Origin: Tricharina praecox | Lineage: Eukaryota | Direction: 5' to 3' | Assembly: GCF_024521635.1 (NCBI RefSeq) | Contig: NW_026250405.1 | Coordinates: 1,798,001 to 1,862,000, forward strand | Length of the DNA: 64,000 nt | Shown: in pieces, positions 37,912 to 50,009 of the stretch | How the letters are laid out: the number at the start of each line of letters is the position of its first letter | How positions within the stretch are numbered: position 1 is the stretch's first letter | Translations under genes and position numbers: made by a program | Notes under the pieces: generated by a model | What the model was told of the DNA's origin: nothing | What the model saw: only the letters and a program-made list of their open reading frames with translations | The model's database searches: none

Positions 37912-38823
37912 ATGTCCCTCCGCGTCACCACGGCCACACGTTTCTTTATAACTCCTCGTCGTATTACCACCACAGCTACCGCCACTCACCCCACCATGTC
38001 CCGCGCCCCCAGAAAAAGCCCCGAAGCCCTACCGGCCTTCCGCGCCTCCGCAGACATCACCAAAACTGCGGCGCCCAATCCGCGCTGGCAGATCGGCAGT
38101 GGGGCTTCCTCTCCACCCACCACCGCAGCCACCCTCTCGATCGACCCATACTCACCGACGCGTACCGCCGGTGACAACTACCGGCTCCTCGTCTCGGGGA
38201 TAATTCCACGACCCATCGGCTTCGTCTCCACACTGGGCAGCACGGGCGCCGAGAACCTCGCGCCGTTCTCGTACCTATCGCTGGCGAACCACGACCCGCC
38301 CATCTTCACGCTCGGCTTCTCGTCCGGCACCGGCGCGGAAAAGGATAGCTGCCGGCAGCTACTCGAGACCGGCGAGTGCACGATCAATATCATCAGCGAG
38401 GACTTTGTCGAGGCGGCCAATTACTGCGCGATCGACGCGCCGCTGGGGGTCTCCGAGTGGAGGCTCAGTGGGCTCACACAGGAGAAATCCGTGGTCGTGA
38501 AGCCCGCTAGGGTCAGGGAGAGCGTGTTTAGTGTCGAGGGCAAGGTTGTCGCGAAACATGAGTGGGTCAGTAGGACGACGGGCAAGAAGACCGGGACCAT
38601 GGTGATCGTGGAGGGCGTCTGGTTTCATGTCAGGGAGGATGCGTTGCTCGAGAATGGGGCGCTGGATGTCGGCGTGCTCAGACCGGTCAGTAGGCTCGGG
38701 GGTGTCGCGTACGGACGCACGACTGAGGCGTATGATCTGCCGCGCCCAAGGTGGACGGAGGAGAGGGAGAAGGAGGAGGTGAAGAAGACGCTCGTCGAGG
38801 AGGATGGGCCAGGAAAGGAGTAG
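37912..38823 (+). CDS. Flavin-reductase-like FMN-binding protein (flavoredoxin/DIM6-NTAB family)
   Basis: NYRLLVSGIIPRPIGFVST, NLAPFSY, KDS...ETGECTINIISE, SEW.LSGLT, RPVSRLGG..YG. ATG at 37912 or 37996. Confidence 0.85.
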   Translation: MSLRVTTATRFFITPRRITTTATATHPTMSRAPRKSPEALPAFRASADITKTAAPNPRWQIGSGASSPPTTAATLSIDPYSPTRTAGDNYRLLVSGIIPRPIGFVSTLGSTGAENLAPFSYLSLANHDPPIFTLGFSSGTGAEKDSCRQLLETGECTINIISEDFVEAANYCAIDAPLGVSEWRLSGLTQEKSVVVKPARVRESVFSVEGKVVAKHEWVSRTTGKKTGTMVIVEGVWFHVREDALLENGALDVGVLRPVSRLGGVAYGRTTEAYDLPRPRWTEEREKEEVKKTLVEEDGPGKE

Positions 38824-41418
38824 ACGGTCGGATTTAGGAAGTAGACGACGGGTGGATAGACTCCATAGACTAGAGTACCGATTCTAGAGTAGGTATGCAT
38901 CAGACACAGGATTATTCTCGGTGGCATAGTACCTGTCGCTCATGATGATTGTGAGCCTGAGCCCTGAGGCGGACAGGATCTATTTGGGGTATAACCGCCA
39001 TGCCCACACACGCACGAGTCGATCATAGATTCATGGGATGAGTGAACCACGGAAGGTTAACCGCCATGCGCACGGCTGCGGAAGTGGCACTGCGACAGCA
39101 ACACTGCTGGATATTTATGGTGTAGGAAGCGAGGCGAGGAGGAACGAATGGTTCTGTTAGGCGGTATGATACTATCGCCCATGGTACGGGTCGAGTAAAT
39201 CGCTGTGAAGAAAGAGTTGTAAAGGTGTGGCGCAGTACTGTCCGTGCGGGGAGGGCGCAATCCCTCCCGACGGTGGCTTTTTCGCTTGTCGGTCTGTGCT
39301 CCCCTTGGAACCTTGGCGGGGAAGGGCCTTGAAGTTTGAGGTCGGTCTGTGCGTAGAAGTTGGCTTGGAAAATCCCCACAGCAGTTCTGGTTGTGTTTGA
39401 GGACCCGATGAATTGTTGCGTGCAGTGTCAATGGCAAAACCTCCAATATGATCGGTATGTATAGTAGTAACGTTCGTCCAGCCTCTCAGCCGCCATTTAC
39501 CGTCTTAAACACAGCCCCGTCTTCAGCCCTGGTCGGCCGGTTGATTCCCTCGTACTCTACGCAGTCAGCTCCTCCGGCCATCACTCGCCCCTGAGCTCCA
39601 AGCCGCACAGCCCCATCCTCTATGTAGGCCCCCCATTGCCCAGCTTCTTGGAGTCGAGATATAAATGGACTACCTATATAGACTTCCTAGTCGTGACTCG
39701 GAACTCGCAAGTTTCGGCAAGCCTCCGACGATCTATCCGTTCATCCATCCACAAATGCGCTCCGTGCACCCATGCTCTTTAGAGTGCTCTAACTCATGCA
39801 GGGGTGAATTCGAAGGCTCAAGGAACACTTCACTATGCGCACATATTTATGCGGTGTACATAACTCCGTGTGATGCGTGAATGCCGTTCCGTCGCCGCGG
39901 ATGTGCGGTAGGTAAGAGGTAGATATGTAGGTAGGTTTCCAGCAATTGCCGGAAGCCTGTGTATTGTGCAGTGTATTGTATAATACACTGCAGGCCTTTT
40001 GATTCTGCCGATAGGTATCATAGTAGAACGGATGGGTGCGTGAATTGTACTACCACCGTAGATATCTACTGTAGTATTCTTCCGTCGCAACGGAGGAGGC
40101 TATTCTGCTATAATAGAAGGTATCGGCGCTATACCATGGTCACCCGTGTGGTACCGATAACTACGGTACTCTACTCGTTCCATCCCTTTAAATTTCAACA
40201 TGACGGGGAAATGAGTTCGGAGGGGAATGGCAAGTGGTACATATGGTAGATGTGTAGGCGATGATCATCTTCTACTACCGTTCTATATGGTTGGTGCTCT
40301 AGTAACTAACCACGTCGTTGATTCACGTCGTCTCCTTTATCTCAGACACGGCGGCGGCGGCGGAGGCGGCGGGCCACCCCCCGACGTATGACGGTCCGCC
40401 AGGATGGCCTACTATATAGTAGGCAAGCCACCACCCATACCGGTACATACCAACGGCGGTGGTCGGGATAGTTTAGGTAAGTAGGGTACCGAGTCCGGAA
40501 CCCAGCAATAGGGTATCGAACAAGCTACCTACCCACCTACCTACCCGACGAATCAGGATTGGATTGTCTAGGAATACGAGAATAATAAGACGACTCTGAA
40601 GCTCGGAGCGTCGGGGTTCGGGGTTCGGGGTTCCGTGTTAGTGAGACCGTAGATAATAATACTAGTACTAATAATGACACTATATTCGGTGCGGTGTTCC
40701 TCTCGCACAGTTGCACTCGCGCTTGCACGTCACCTGATCCTTCACATCACCGTTCACGAAAAACGGCAGCGCAGTAGTACTATAACTACTAGTAAGTAGA
40801 CTGGTAGTGTAAATACCCTACGCAGCATTTTTATCCGGAATCACTACTGGTAGTAGGAAGTTGGTATGTAGTACACAGGCAGTTCTCCGAGTAGATCTGC
40901 AGTACTATGGTACCGACTGCACCGCAGCTCCTACTACCACAGTACTCTACCACTGCGCCGCAGTCGGACGATTGACGACGAAAATAGAGTCGGTAGCCAT
41001 CGGCCACTGGACATTGGCCACTCGTAAGCGCTGAACCATGGCCACTGGCAGTAGGTATTGGAGAAGCCCGCTGCGTGCTGGCCACCTACAACATCTACTA
41101 TGGAGTCGAGTAGAGTACGGTAGGGAGTCGGCAGAGTCAGGCTCCGCAGCGATCGTAGTGCGGAAGCCTGGAGGGGATCAACTAGCCGCATGAAACAAGG
41201 CAAGGCGAGTGAAGTGAAGTGCAGTATAAGGCAAATTAGCGTGATGCTATAGTAGGTAGGTCAGAGAAGTATGTACCTTCTCCGTGGATCTTCACGGTAT
41301 CATAAAACCTCCCGAGACCCCCCCCCCCCCCCCCCCACCCCCCTCCCCCCCTTCCTCGTGTCTTTTTTTCCTTTCCTCTTGTGCATTGATTTTCCCGCAG
41401 TCGACGCTCGTTTTCAAG

Positions 41419-43644
41419 ATGCATATTCACACGTGGTGGTCGACGACAATGGCGATGGTGCTGGTAGGCTTTTCGGTGCGCGGCGCTGATTGTTATGGAG
41501 TGCCCGCTTCCGCCGCCCTGGAACGGAGACAGGCCACTACGACAAGCTCGACTTCATTTACGACGACGACGACTTCGGTGAGGTCGACGGTCACGGTTTC
41601 GGCAAGGACCACGATTCCTTCGACGGCGCCGACGGCGTCGGGGACGATGCGCGCGATCCCCAGCATCGCCGATACAAAGTGCGAGAGGTTCTGGCAGAAT
41701 ACGGCGATTCACAACAACTCGCTGTACGCGGATGGAGGCAGCTTTTCTGAGTTGGAGGGTTACATCAAAGGACCGAGTATGTTCTGTTTTCGTTTTCTTT
41801 CTTAATTTTTATTTATCGCTGACGGGATGAAGGTAATCTCACCATGGTCCTCGACCTGACACGGGAATTCTCGACGGAAGCGCCACCCTACACGACAATA
41901 TCGAAACCCGACAAGTCAACCTTCTCAATGGGCATGCTGTTTTCATGGAAGGACACATTGTACCAGTTCCAGGGCTTCGCGCACGTCTTCGAGTACACGC
42001 AACCGCTGTATGGCGCATCCCGCGAGTGGTGGAACAACTATGGCAGCAAGCGGCGCACCGGCCAGACATTCCGGCTGTGGAGCCTTGACTCTGGGAAGGA
42101 GTGGGTTGCCGGCCAGCTGTTCACCGAGACCGAGCCGCAGAGGGCCGGTATTGGAGCTTCGGCGGTGATGGAGAGACGCGGGATGGGGTATTACCTGGGC
42201 GGCGCCATCGTTAATGCGGACGGAAAGTACGAGCAATCACTCTACGAGTTGATGACGGTTTGGGACGTGCGGAACAGTAAATGGGAGGCGGTCAGGGGTC
42301 CCGATCAGCCAAAGGTGGGACGCGTGAACGGCGTTCTGGTCGCGATGGAGGAGTTCGGCTCGAGCGGGATGTTGCTGGCGATGGGAGGGGTTCGTGCGTC
42401 GTCGTCCAACGTGAGCGTCGACCAGGAAGGGGTATGTCTCTCGGCCGGAGTGGGTTGTAATTTTTCCAGGCGATTTCTGACTGAGACCAGCTCGATTTCC
42501 GAATGGTCCAACTCTACGACGTCGCGACAAAGACGTGGATGTCGCAGGAAACCAGCGGCCTCGACTCGATGCCGGACCCGAGACTGGACTTTTGCGCCGT
42601 CGTCGCTACCGCGCCCGATCGCTCGAGTGCCCAGATCTACGTCTGGGGTGGCCTGAACTATGAGGACAACCTCGACGCTCCCATCGACATGTACATCTTG
42701 ACTCTGCCTTTCTTCCGCTGGATCAAAGTGCCGTTTTCGGAGGTTCCCCGTGGATCCAAGAGTGGTCATCGATGTGAGTGATGCAATCGGAATGGACGAG
42801 TGTGTTTGTGTGTGTGTGTGTGAATAATGCTCATATTACCCCGTTCCCCACCAGGTCAGACATATAACAGCCGGCAAATGCTTATCGTCGGCGGCCAACA
42901 GGGCCGTTTCGCCACGGGAGCGGCCTCTATCGGTCCCGCCGAATACATCGTTCCAGGCACCAGCGATGATGTACCCATCGAGGGGACCAACTGCGTCAAG
43001 GGCGGCATGGGCATTCAGATCTTTGACACGACAACCCTCGAGTTCGTGAATACGTTCGATCCCACCGTGAACACCTACGAGATCCCCGAGACCGTATACA
43101 AGCTTATCGGCGGAGAGTGAGTCCTCCCCACCTCCGAGACTTGTTCCTACATGCTAACAGGCACAGTAAATCCGGCAATGCAACCGCAACCTCTCCACAA
43201 GTAGGCTGGACCGACGAGTCCCTGGGGACAGCGTTCAACCTGGCGCCGGTCAACCTCCCCGACGCCACCACCAGCACCACCCCCGGCGCGAACACCACCA
43301 CAGAATCAAAAAGCAACACGGGCGCAATCGCCGGCGGCGTGGTAGGCGGGCTCGCCGCCGTCGCCATCGCCGCAGGCATCTTCTTCTGGCTCCGCCGAAG
43401 AAAATCGCAGCATTCCCCCCCGCCCCAATCCGCGCCCACGTACGAAACTGCCATGCCCCAGAACGTCGAGTACAACAAAATGCCAGACCACCTTGCTGAG
43501 GCGCCGGCGTATACGATGAAGCCGCCGGGCCCCGTGGAGGCGGGCGGCCGCCCGGTCACGGCGTCGACGGAGTTGCCCGCCGAACAGTATCCGCCCGCGG
43601 AGCTGTGGGGCGATGAACCGAGACGGAGTGAGTTGGCGCGGTAG
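41419..43644 (+). CDS. Secreted type-I membrane protein with a Kelch/galactose-oxidase-like propeller
   Basis: Signal-like N-terminus, Thr-rich linker, LYADGG, YYLGG, YDVATKTW..Q, PDPRLDFCAV, IYVWGG, ILTLPFFRWIK, MLIVGG, then TM GAIAGGVVGGLAAVAIAAGIFFWL-RRRK. In-phase introns at 41777-41832, 42432-42490, 42774-42854 and 43117-43166. Confidence 0.85.
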
Positions 43645-44186
43645 CGGTAGCGCACGTACGGTGGCATATGGGGTTCGTGTATTTATTGGTATGATGGCGA
43701 AAGGACGTGTCGTTGCTGCACACCTGGGGTGTATATAGTTTTTGTTTTGTGGGATACTAGTGGAGCGAAGTCATGAGGGAATCTGGTATGGATGTACTTT
43801 AGTGAAATCTGTAATATGTGTGTGTGTGTTACTTGCCTACATCCAATCTGCAATCTGCAATCTCCGTAGGGCATTCGGAAGATCCATCGTGAGTCGGTCA
43901 GTACGACCCACGAGGGGAGTGCGCAGCCGCGTCTTCACCGAGCTAAGGTAGGTACATAGAAGATGATCCGGCTGATCACGAACATCGCGTCATGAATCCG
44001 GCGTGACCGCATATGTACATTCGCCAGTGAGTGTGCGGGCGTCCGAACTTCCACTCGATGTCCCCAATCCGCGCCATGAGTAACAAATTACTGTAGATAC
44101 CCATTATCTGGTACCCACAGTGACCTCGGATGATGGATCCACTAGAGTGTGGCGTTCGCCCGTGAGGATTCAGCCGCCTCGTGGTG

Positions 44187-44609
44187 GTGCCTGCAGGCTG
44201 CAGCGGCTTCTTGCGCTTTGAACGAGCTGAGCTGAGCGGTGACGAGTGCTGAAATATGATACCTGTCGATCATGCGAACCAACGGGAGCGAAGGGAGCGG
44301 GAAGGGAGCTGGAAGGGAGCGGGAAGGGAATGAGGCTGAATCGCACCTGGCAGCTGCCACTGGGATTCTGTGATGTCTGATGATCGATGCAATAGAATGT
44401 GGCGCGCCCAGGCTGTGCTCCGGTGAGTATCTGGCCGGTTCGGAAGCTCGGTGCCTGCAGCGACCTCTTGCGCTCTGGACGAGCTGATCAGTGACCAATG
44501 CTGAAAAGCAATACCCATCGATCATGCGGATCCAACAGGAGTGATTCTGAGCGAAGGGAGCGGGAAGGGGAAGAGGCGTAATATCACCTGGCAGCCGCCA
44601 CTAGGACTC
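44187..44609. repeat. Diverged tandem duplication (~160-180-bp units, period ~264 bp)
   Basis: GTGCCTGCAG...TCTTGCGCT...TGCTGAAA...TCGATCATGCG...GAGCGAAGGGAGCGGGAAGGG...CACCTGGCAGC.GCCACT occurs at ~44187-44368 and ~44451-44609. Confidence 0.8.
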
Positions 44610-46881
44610 GTCACTCACGCGAGCAGTGCCTGGATTCCTCGCAGCCGTTCGCAATGCTGCCTAATAGGGAGGCTGCTCGAAGCGGCTGCTAACTAAGCCT
44701 GTGGTCTGTAGTCACTGGCTAGTGGGCTGTGGTATGTAGTCAGTAGGTAGAGAGAGAGATCCTCCTGCTTTATTTCCCATGCAGCCTATCTAGACTATGG
44801 CGAAGAGTCAGTAGGTAGTTAGTAGTCTGTGGTCTGTAGTCTTTAGGTCCGTGAGTGACAGCGACAGTGACAATGTCAGTGAGTGAATAATCACCTACCG
44901 GATCCATAGTATTCGAACTTCGCGACAGTGTTTCTCATGTGGCTTTACTACGTATAGTGCGGTAGAGTAACTACCGGAAAACAATGGCGCGCAACGAAGC
45001 GCCACCGCGCAGTCAGTCGAGTGACAACTTCCAAGTACAGATTGGTGCCATTCTCGACATCTTACGTACCCAGGTAGGAATGTGCTCGACATTGTGGATG
45101 ACTGGTAAGCTAGAGTCGAGGCGAGTAGCGCACCGACAAAATGAAACGAAACGGTGACTCGGTGTGACAAGGCTGTGCCATCGACGAGACGGGGAACGGG
45201 CGGCCGGTTGGGTTCAGTGACGAACTGGATGGGAACCGCGGCATCAAACAGGCACGCAAGTATACGTACTGCGCTTTCTGGCAAAAGGTCATTGTTCCGT
45301 AGGAGGTAGTCGTGCTTTTGGACTGTTCGGCCTGCCTAATCGGTACTGTGGCTGTCGTCGAGCGAGTGATGCATAGTGTCGCTGTCGCCTTGCGCATATT
45401 ACTCTACCTACCTTACTCGTTCTAATCCTGTCCCCCCACCACACACACCACACACACACCATCCAAACATCCTCGCCGCACAAACAAGGATCCAGCTGCG
45501 ACGCTGCGACGCTGCTCAAACTCAACTCCAACCTCTTTTTCCGAGTCTCAAACGTCGACGCCACAACGCCGCATTATGTAGGTACTGTACATACATAGGC
45601 ATCATTGCAGTGCCGTCGCATACCGTAGATATCTATCTTGATCTTGATATTGATATATCTATACATACGCGGTGTCCAATCATCGCTCATAGTCGACTAC
45701 GGCATCCGCTGCAGGCGCCGTACACTGCAGCAGACACTCGACACTGCAATATGAAGTCTGAACAGTGGAGGCGATATCACGTCTGTCGCGGTATTGATAG
45801 CGCCTACAAGCACGGTTCGGTTCAGTTCACTGAGCAGCCTCCACTGTCCAGACTCCAAATTCCAGACCCCAGAAGGGCCCCCACTAGTCACAGTGTCAAG
45901 GTGCGAAAAAATGCACACGTTCGTGGGACCAAACAGTCTGGAACTGTGGTACCACTTTCCTCTCCGATACCAGCTCAGCCCCGTGCGTCCTGTGAGTGCG
46001 AGGCGTACAGCCGCGTGCGTGGGTATTGGAGGCCTGGAGCCCCCCACCACCACTTCCACCACCACGGCCAAAAAGAAACAACTGAAAGAGAGAGCTCAGC
46101 CTTCCAGCGCGGGGCTGAGAATCGGGTGTGAATATCGGGAATCCGACTTTCGAACCACGCGCGGTCGGGGAGGCACGTGGGCGAGGTCTTGCTCCTCTTG
46201 CTCCTCTACGGCCTTTCCTTTTTTTCCCCTTCTTTTTTTCTTCACGCTTTTCTTTTCTCTCCGTTTCGTTGGGATTTGCAAACCCCGGATAGCTATGTAG
46301 GGGGGGGCGCGCCGTAGGAACAAACCACGCGGATGAGTAGCATCTCCGGTGGGTGGTGGGGTGGGGTGGAGGGGTCGCGTGGACTCGGCGGTGACTCGGT
46401 CTCGGTCATCTACCGTACTGGGTACCGTACTAAACGGCTGGGCCTGTCTGTTCTGGCGACGAAGAACAGACCCGGAACCGGAAGGGACATTCTTGTCTTC
46501 CATAGGTATTATTGCACCGTCCAGAAAGTCGGTAAGTTGGAAGGGAGACAATAGTAAGAATCGTAAAATAGTTCTCAGAGTGTGGTGGTGGTGGGGGGAG
46601 GGCGGAAATTTCCAGTGCGCAGAGGCTTGTGCTGCAAGCGCCCTCTCGCTGCGGTTGGCGGGCGGTCGCCTGCGACTAGGCACACCTCATGGGCCTGTGG
46701 CGTCCACTCACAACTCGCCGTCACGCGGCTATCCTGCCACCACCTCCGCCACAGTCCACGGATGCCCAGATGGTATAAGAGGAGACGAGGGATCCGTTTG
46801 GTCGGCCTGCTTTTTTGTTTATCATTCATCATCACCAGCATCATCAGTTCACATCACCGGATCAGACATATTTACATATAA

Positions 46882-47100
46882 ACCAGCCAGATAACCAGAC
46901 AACCAGACAACCAGAAAACAAGAGAGCCAGATAACAAGACAGCCAGACAGCCAGACAGCCAGACAGCCAGACAGTCGGAGAACTAGACAACCAGACAACC
47001 AGACAGCCAGACGACCAAACCAACCAGCTAGCTTCCATCCAACTAGCCAACCAACCCAACAAGCCATCACCCAACCACCCACTTCCGCCAGCCAACCAAA
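46882..47100 (+). repeat. Octamer/tetramer microsatellite (CCAGACAG/CCAGACAA, CCAA)n
   Basis: Direct reading; lies immediately upstream of ATG 47101. Confidence 0.85.
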
Positions 47101-47910
47101 ATGACCACCCCCTACGACCGCAAAGTCTGCTGCTTCGGCGTCGTCGAGACAAGCTACACCGACGACCGTCCCACCCCAGCACGGCGGACCCGCCGCGGCT
47201 CCGTCATGGTCGAGCGCTCCTCCGTTCCGCGTACGATCCTCGTTCCCGCGCCGCCCGCCCCCGCAACGACGAACATCTACCTGCCCCCGTCGAGCTACAA
47301 CACCTACACGTACTCGTCCGTGCCAGCGGCCACCGTGATCGCACCCTCATCCCCGACGACGCAGCAGGTGGACACGACCGCGACCGCCGCAGCGATTGCC
47401 GAGCTCCTCGCGCCGACGAGCGAGGAGATAAGGCGACAGGTCTTGCTCGAGTCCTGCGAGGGGGAGGGAGAGTGGGAGTGCTCGGACCCTTCTCGCCAGC
47501 GGGATCGCGAGGTGCGCGCCGAGGTTGAGCGCAGGATTGCGAGCGAGCGGTGGATCGACGAGGAGGCGCGACGGGTGGTGCGCGAGCGTAATAGTCGCGA
47601 TGAGAGGAGGGTTGCGGATCTGAGGTTGCTCGAGGACGGGGCACGCCGCAGAGTCGAGCAGGGGTTTAGACATAGTAGCTCCAGTCTGGGGTCCAGTAGG
47701 GAGAGGGAGTTTACGAGTAGGGAGAGGCTCGTTGTTGTGGAGAGGGCGAGTGACACCACCACGCACAGGTGCGATAATTGCCATGAGTTTGGGCATAGGG
47801 CGAGGGACTGTGAGGCCGTGGTCGTGGTCAATGTCGCCAGCGGAAGGGAGCGCAGGAAGAGTGTCTCGTACAGGCCGAGGAACCAGGTCAGGCATGTAAG
47901 GGGTATCTGA
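47101..47910 (+). CDS. Hypothetical Arg/Glu-rich protein with one CCHC zinc knuckle
   Basis: 269-aa intronless ORF with a CAAAATG context; CDNCHEFGHRARDC fits C-x2-C-x4-H-x4-C. Confidence 0.7.
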   Translation: MTTPYDRKVCCFGVVETSYTDDRPTPARRTRRGSVMVERSSVPRTILVPAPPAPATTNIYLPPSSYNTYTYSSVPAATVIAPSSPTTQQVDTTATAAAIAELLAPTSEEIRRQVLLESCEGEGEWECSDPSRQRDREVRAEVERRIASERWIDEEARRVVRERNSRDERRVADLRLLEDGARRRVEQGFRHSSSSLGSSREREFTSRERLVVVERASDTTTHRCDNCHEFGHRARDCEAVVVVNVASGRERRKSVSYRPRNQVRHVRGI

Positions 47911-48243
47911 TGGGATGGAGGTTTGTTCTGATTGTTGGGGACTCGGCGCTTTGTTTTTTCTTGTTTTTCGTTTTTGATTTCTAGCGGGGTTGGGTTGGCG
48001 GTATCTGGGTTTTTTTTGTTTACCGGCTTTTGTCTCTTGTGTTGTGGCTTGTATTAATATTTTCTTTCTTTCTCTTCTGCGGGACGCATGGAAAGGTTGG
48101 GTTATTTGGGAACGGGATGGGATGTAAAACATTGCTTTGGTTCGAACGTCTTTCATGGATATCAATATTGGGTTCTCATTATGCGTGGCATACAGCAAAA
48201 ACAATCTCATTAAACCTCCCACTGCCCTCCTTCCGATCGTCCA

Positions 48244-49450
48244 CTACTCGGGCTTGCGGCCGTATGCGACGTGGCTGCACTACCCGTCAGTACTCCATCT
48301 GCTACTTAGTCACCGTAGGAAGGGTACTCACAAGAGCGAATACATGTGCGTATTCTTATTCTTCACTGCCGCCAGACCATCGCGACACAGTTGCGCGGCC
48401 TCAGTGGGGTCCATCTCGAGGATCCTGGTCAACGCGGCGAGGGCATACGCCTCGACACCGGTCTCACTCATCAACAGAGCCATGGCGCCCACGTTCTTCA
48501 GTCTGCGGTCCTTGGGCCACGGCCCGAACGGGTGCTTCTTAGTGGTAACGTGCACGTCGACGAAACCGGCGTCTTCGAGACGCGCCTTCAGCAGTGCCGA
48601 GGTCGCGGCCGGTCGCCCGATCTTGGGTAAAGCGACTTGGTTCAGCTGGTACGCGATCCGCTTGAACGCGTTATCGTCGGACATCGTGTCGTCGTCGCAG
48701 AAGATCTCGCCCTGCCGAAGACTTAGCCCCCGAATCCAGAGAAAAAGAAGATATTCAAGGAAGTAATTACACCCAGCTCCGCCAACTCGACAATTCCCCC
48801 GGGTTGCGTGCACCGGTAGATCTCCCCCATGAGCTTCTTCCAGTCACTGATACTCTGCGCGAGATTACGCGCATGCACGAAGTCGAACGACTCGGGTTTG
48901 AACGTCCACTCGAGCTCGGCATCGTCGACCTCGAACCGGCAGTTCGGCGGGACCCATCTCGGCTGGATCGGGCTCAGATCTGTGCCGATCACCTCGGCGG
49001 CGGGGAACTTGTCGGCCGCATCGATCGCCCAGATTCCGGTACCGGTGCCCACGTCAAGGATCCGCTGCGGGCTCTCGACCGGCGCTAGGTGGATCTCGCC
49101 GCCGAGGAGGTTGAGCATGATCTCGTGGTGCAGGTCTAGCCGGTCCTGCTCCTTCTCGTCCGTGGGCATCGGGTTCTTGTTGACGCCAAAGTAGGAGTGG
49201 TAGCGCCGTCCATTCTCGAACACGTACTCGTTTATCGAGGAGGAAAGACTAGCGGTGCTCGTGTCGTAGCCGGAGCTGGCGTAGTCGGTGTTGCTATCGG
49301 CGAGCTAGATATCACGGGGCCGCGGGGCGACCGAGTCAGCGCGAGCGCGTGAAACGGGACGAGACGGGACGGGACGAGGCGAGGACTCGGTCTCGGCAGC
49401 ACTTTGTCGCCACATACCACGGCAGGATCGACCTCGATTGACTCGGACAT
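48244..49450 (-). CDS. Class I SAM-dependent methyltransferase (fungal LaeA-like/TAM family)
   Basis: SLSSSINEYVFENGRRYH, PTDEKEQDRLDLHH, ILDVGTGTGIWAID, GTDLSPIQPRWVPPNCRFEVDDAE, PFGPWPKD, spliced C-terminus HVAYGRKPE*. Confidence 0.92.
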
Positions 49451-49871
49451 TGTCGCGGTTGTTTGATTCGGTCGTGAAGATTATTCCGGTTGTCGGTGAA
49501 GTGTGTGTAGGAGTGTGCGAGTGTGTCAGTGTGTGTGTAGGACGACGCCACTCCTTATAAACCCCCCCTGGCAATCCCGCCAGCTCCCATTTTGTACCAT
49601 ACATGTCGTTACATAGGCTGTTATCTCCTACTGGAACTAACTGCCACTACACGATGTTCCGCATATGCAGACACGTGCAGGTTGGCACGAACCAACCCAA
49701 TCCAACGCCAATCCGAACGACGGCGACAGCCAACCCGGGAGTGCGGAAGGAGCGAGGAGAGAATCCCTTCCATGTTCCATACACCATTGCCGGCCGGGGC
49801 TGAGATTCAAGGTATAGAAATAGGCATGCGTACCATCGGCAGGGAAGACGTTTCTCATGCAACGTGAATGG

Positions 49872-50009
49872 AATGCGAGACGGCGAAGAAATCCAATGCG
49901 AGGCGGCGAAGAGATCCAATGCGAGGCGGCGAAGAAATCCAATGCGAGGCGGCGAAGAAATCCAATGCGAGGCGGCGAAGAAATCCAATGCGAGGCGGCG
50001 AAGAACTCC
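49872..50009 (+). repeat. 23-bp minisatellite x 6 (AATGCGAGGCGGCGAAGAAATCC)
   Basis: Units at 49872, 49895, 49918, 49941, 49964 and 49987, with no spacers. Confidence 0.95.

Noticed and set aside
45376..46894. Several 150-250-aa ORFs on both strands
   Set aside because: Mostly non-ATG starts, no motifs and no consistent coding bias; treated as intergenic.
49872..50009. CRISPR-like 23-bp repeats
   Set aside because: The units are contiguous with no spacers, the context is eukaryotic and there are no cas genes.
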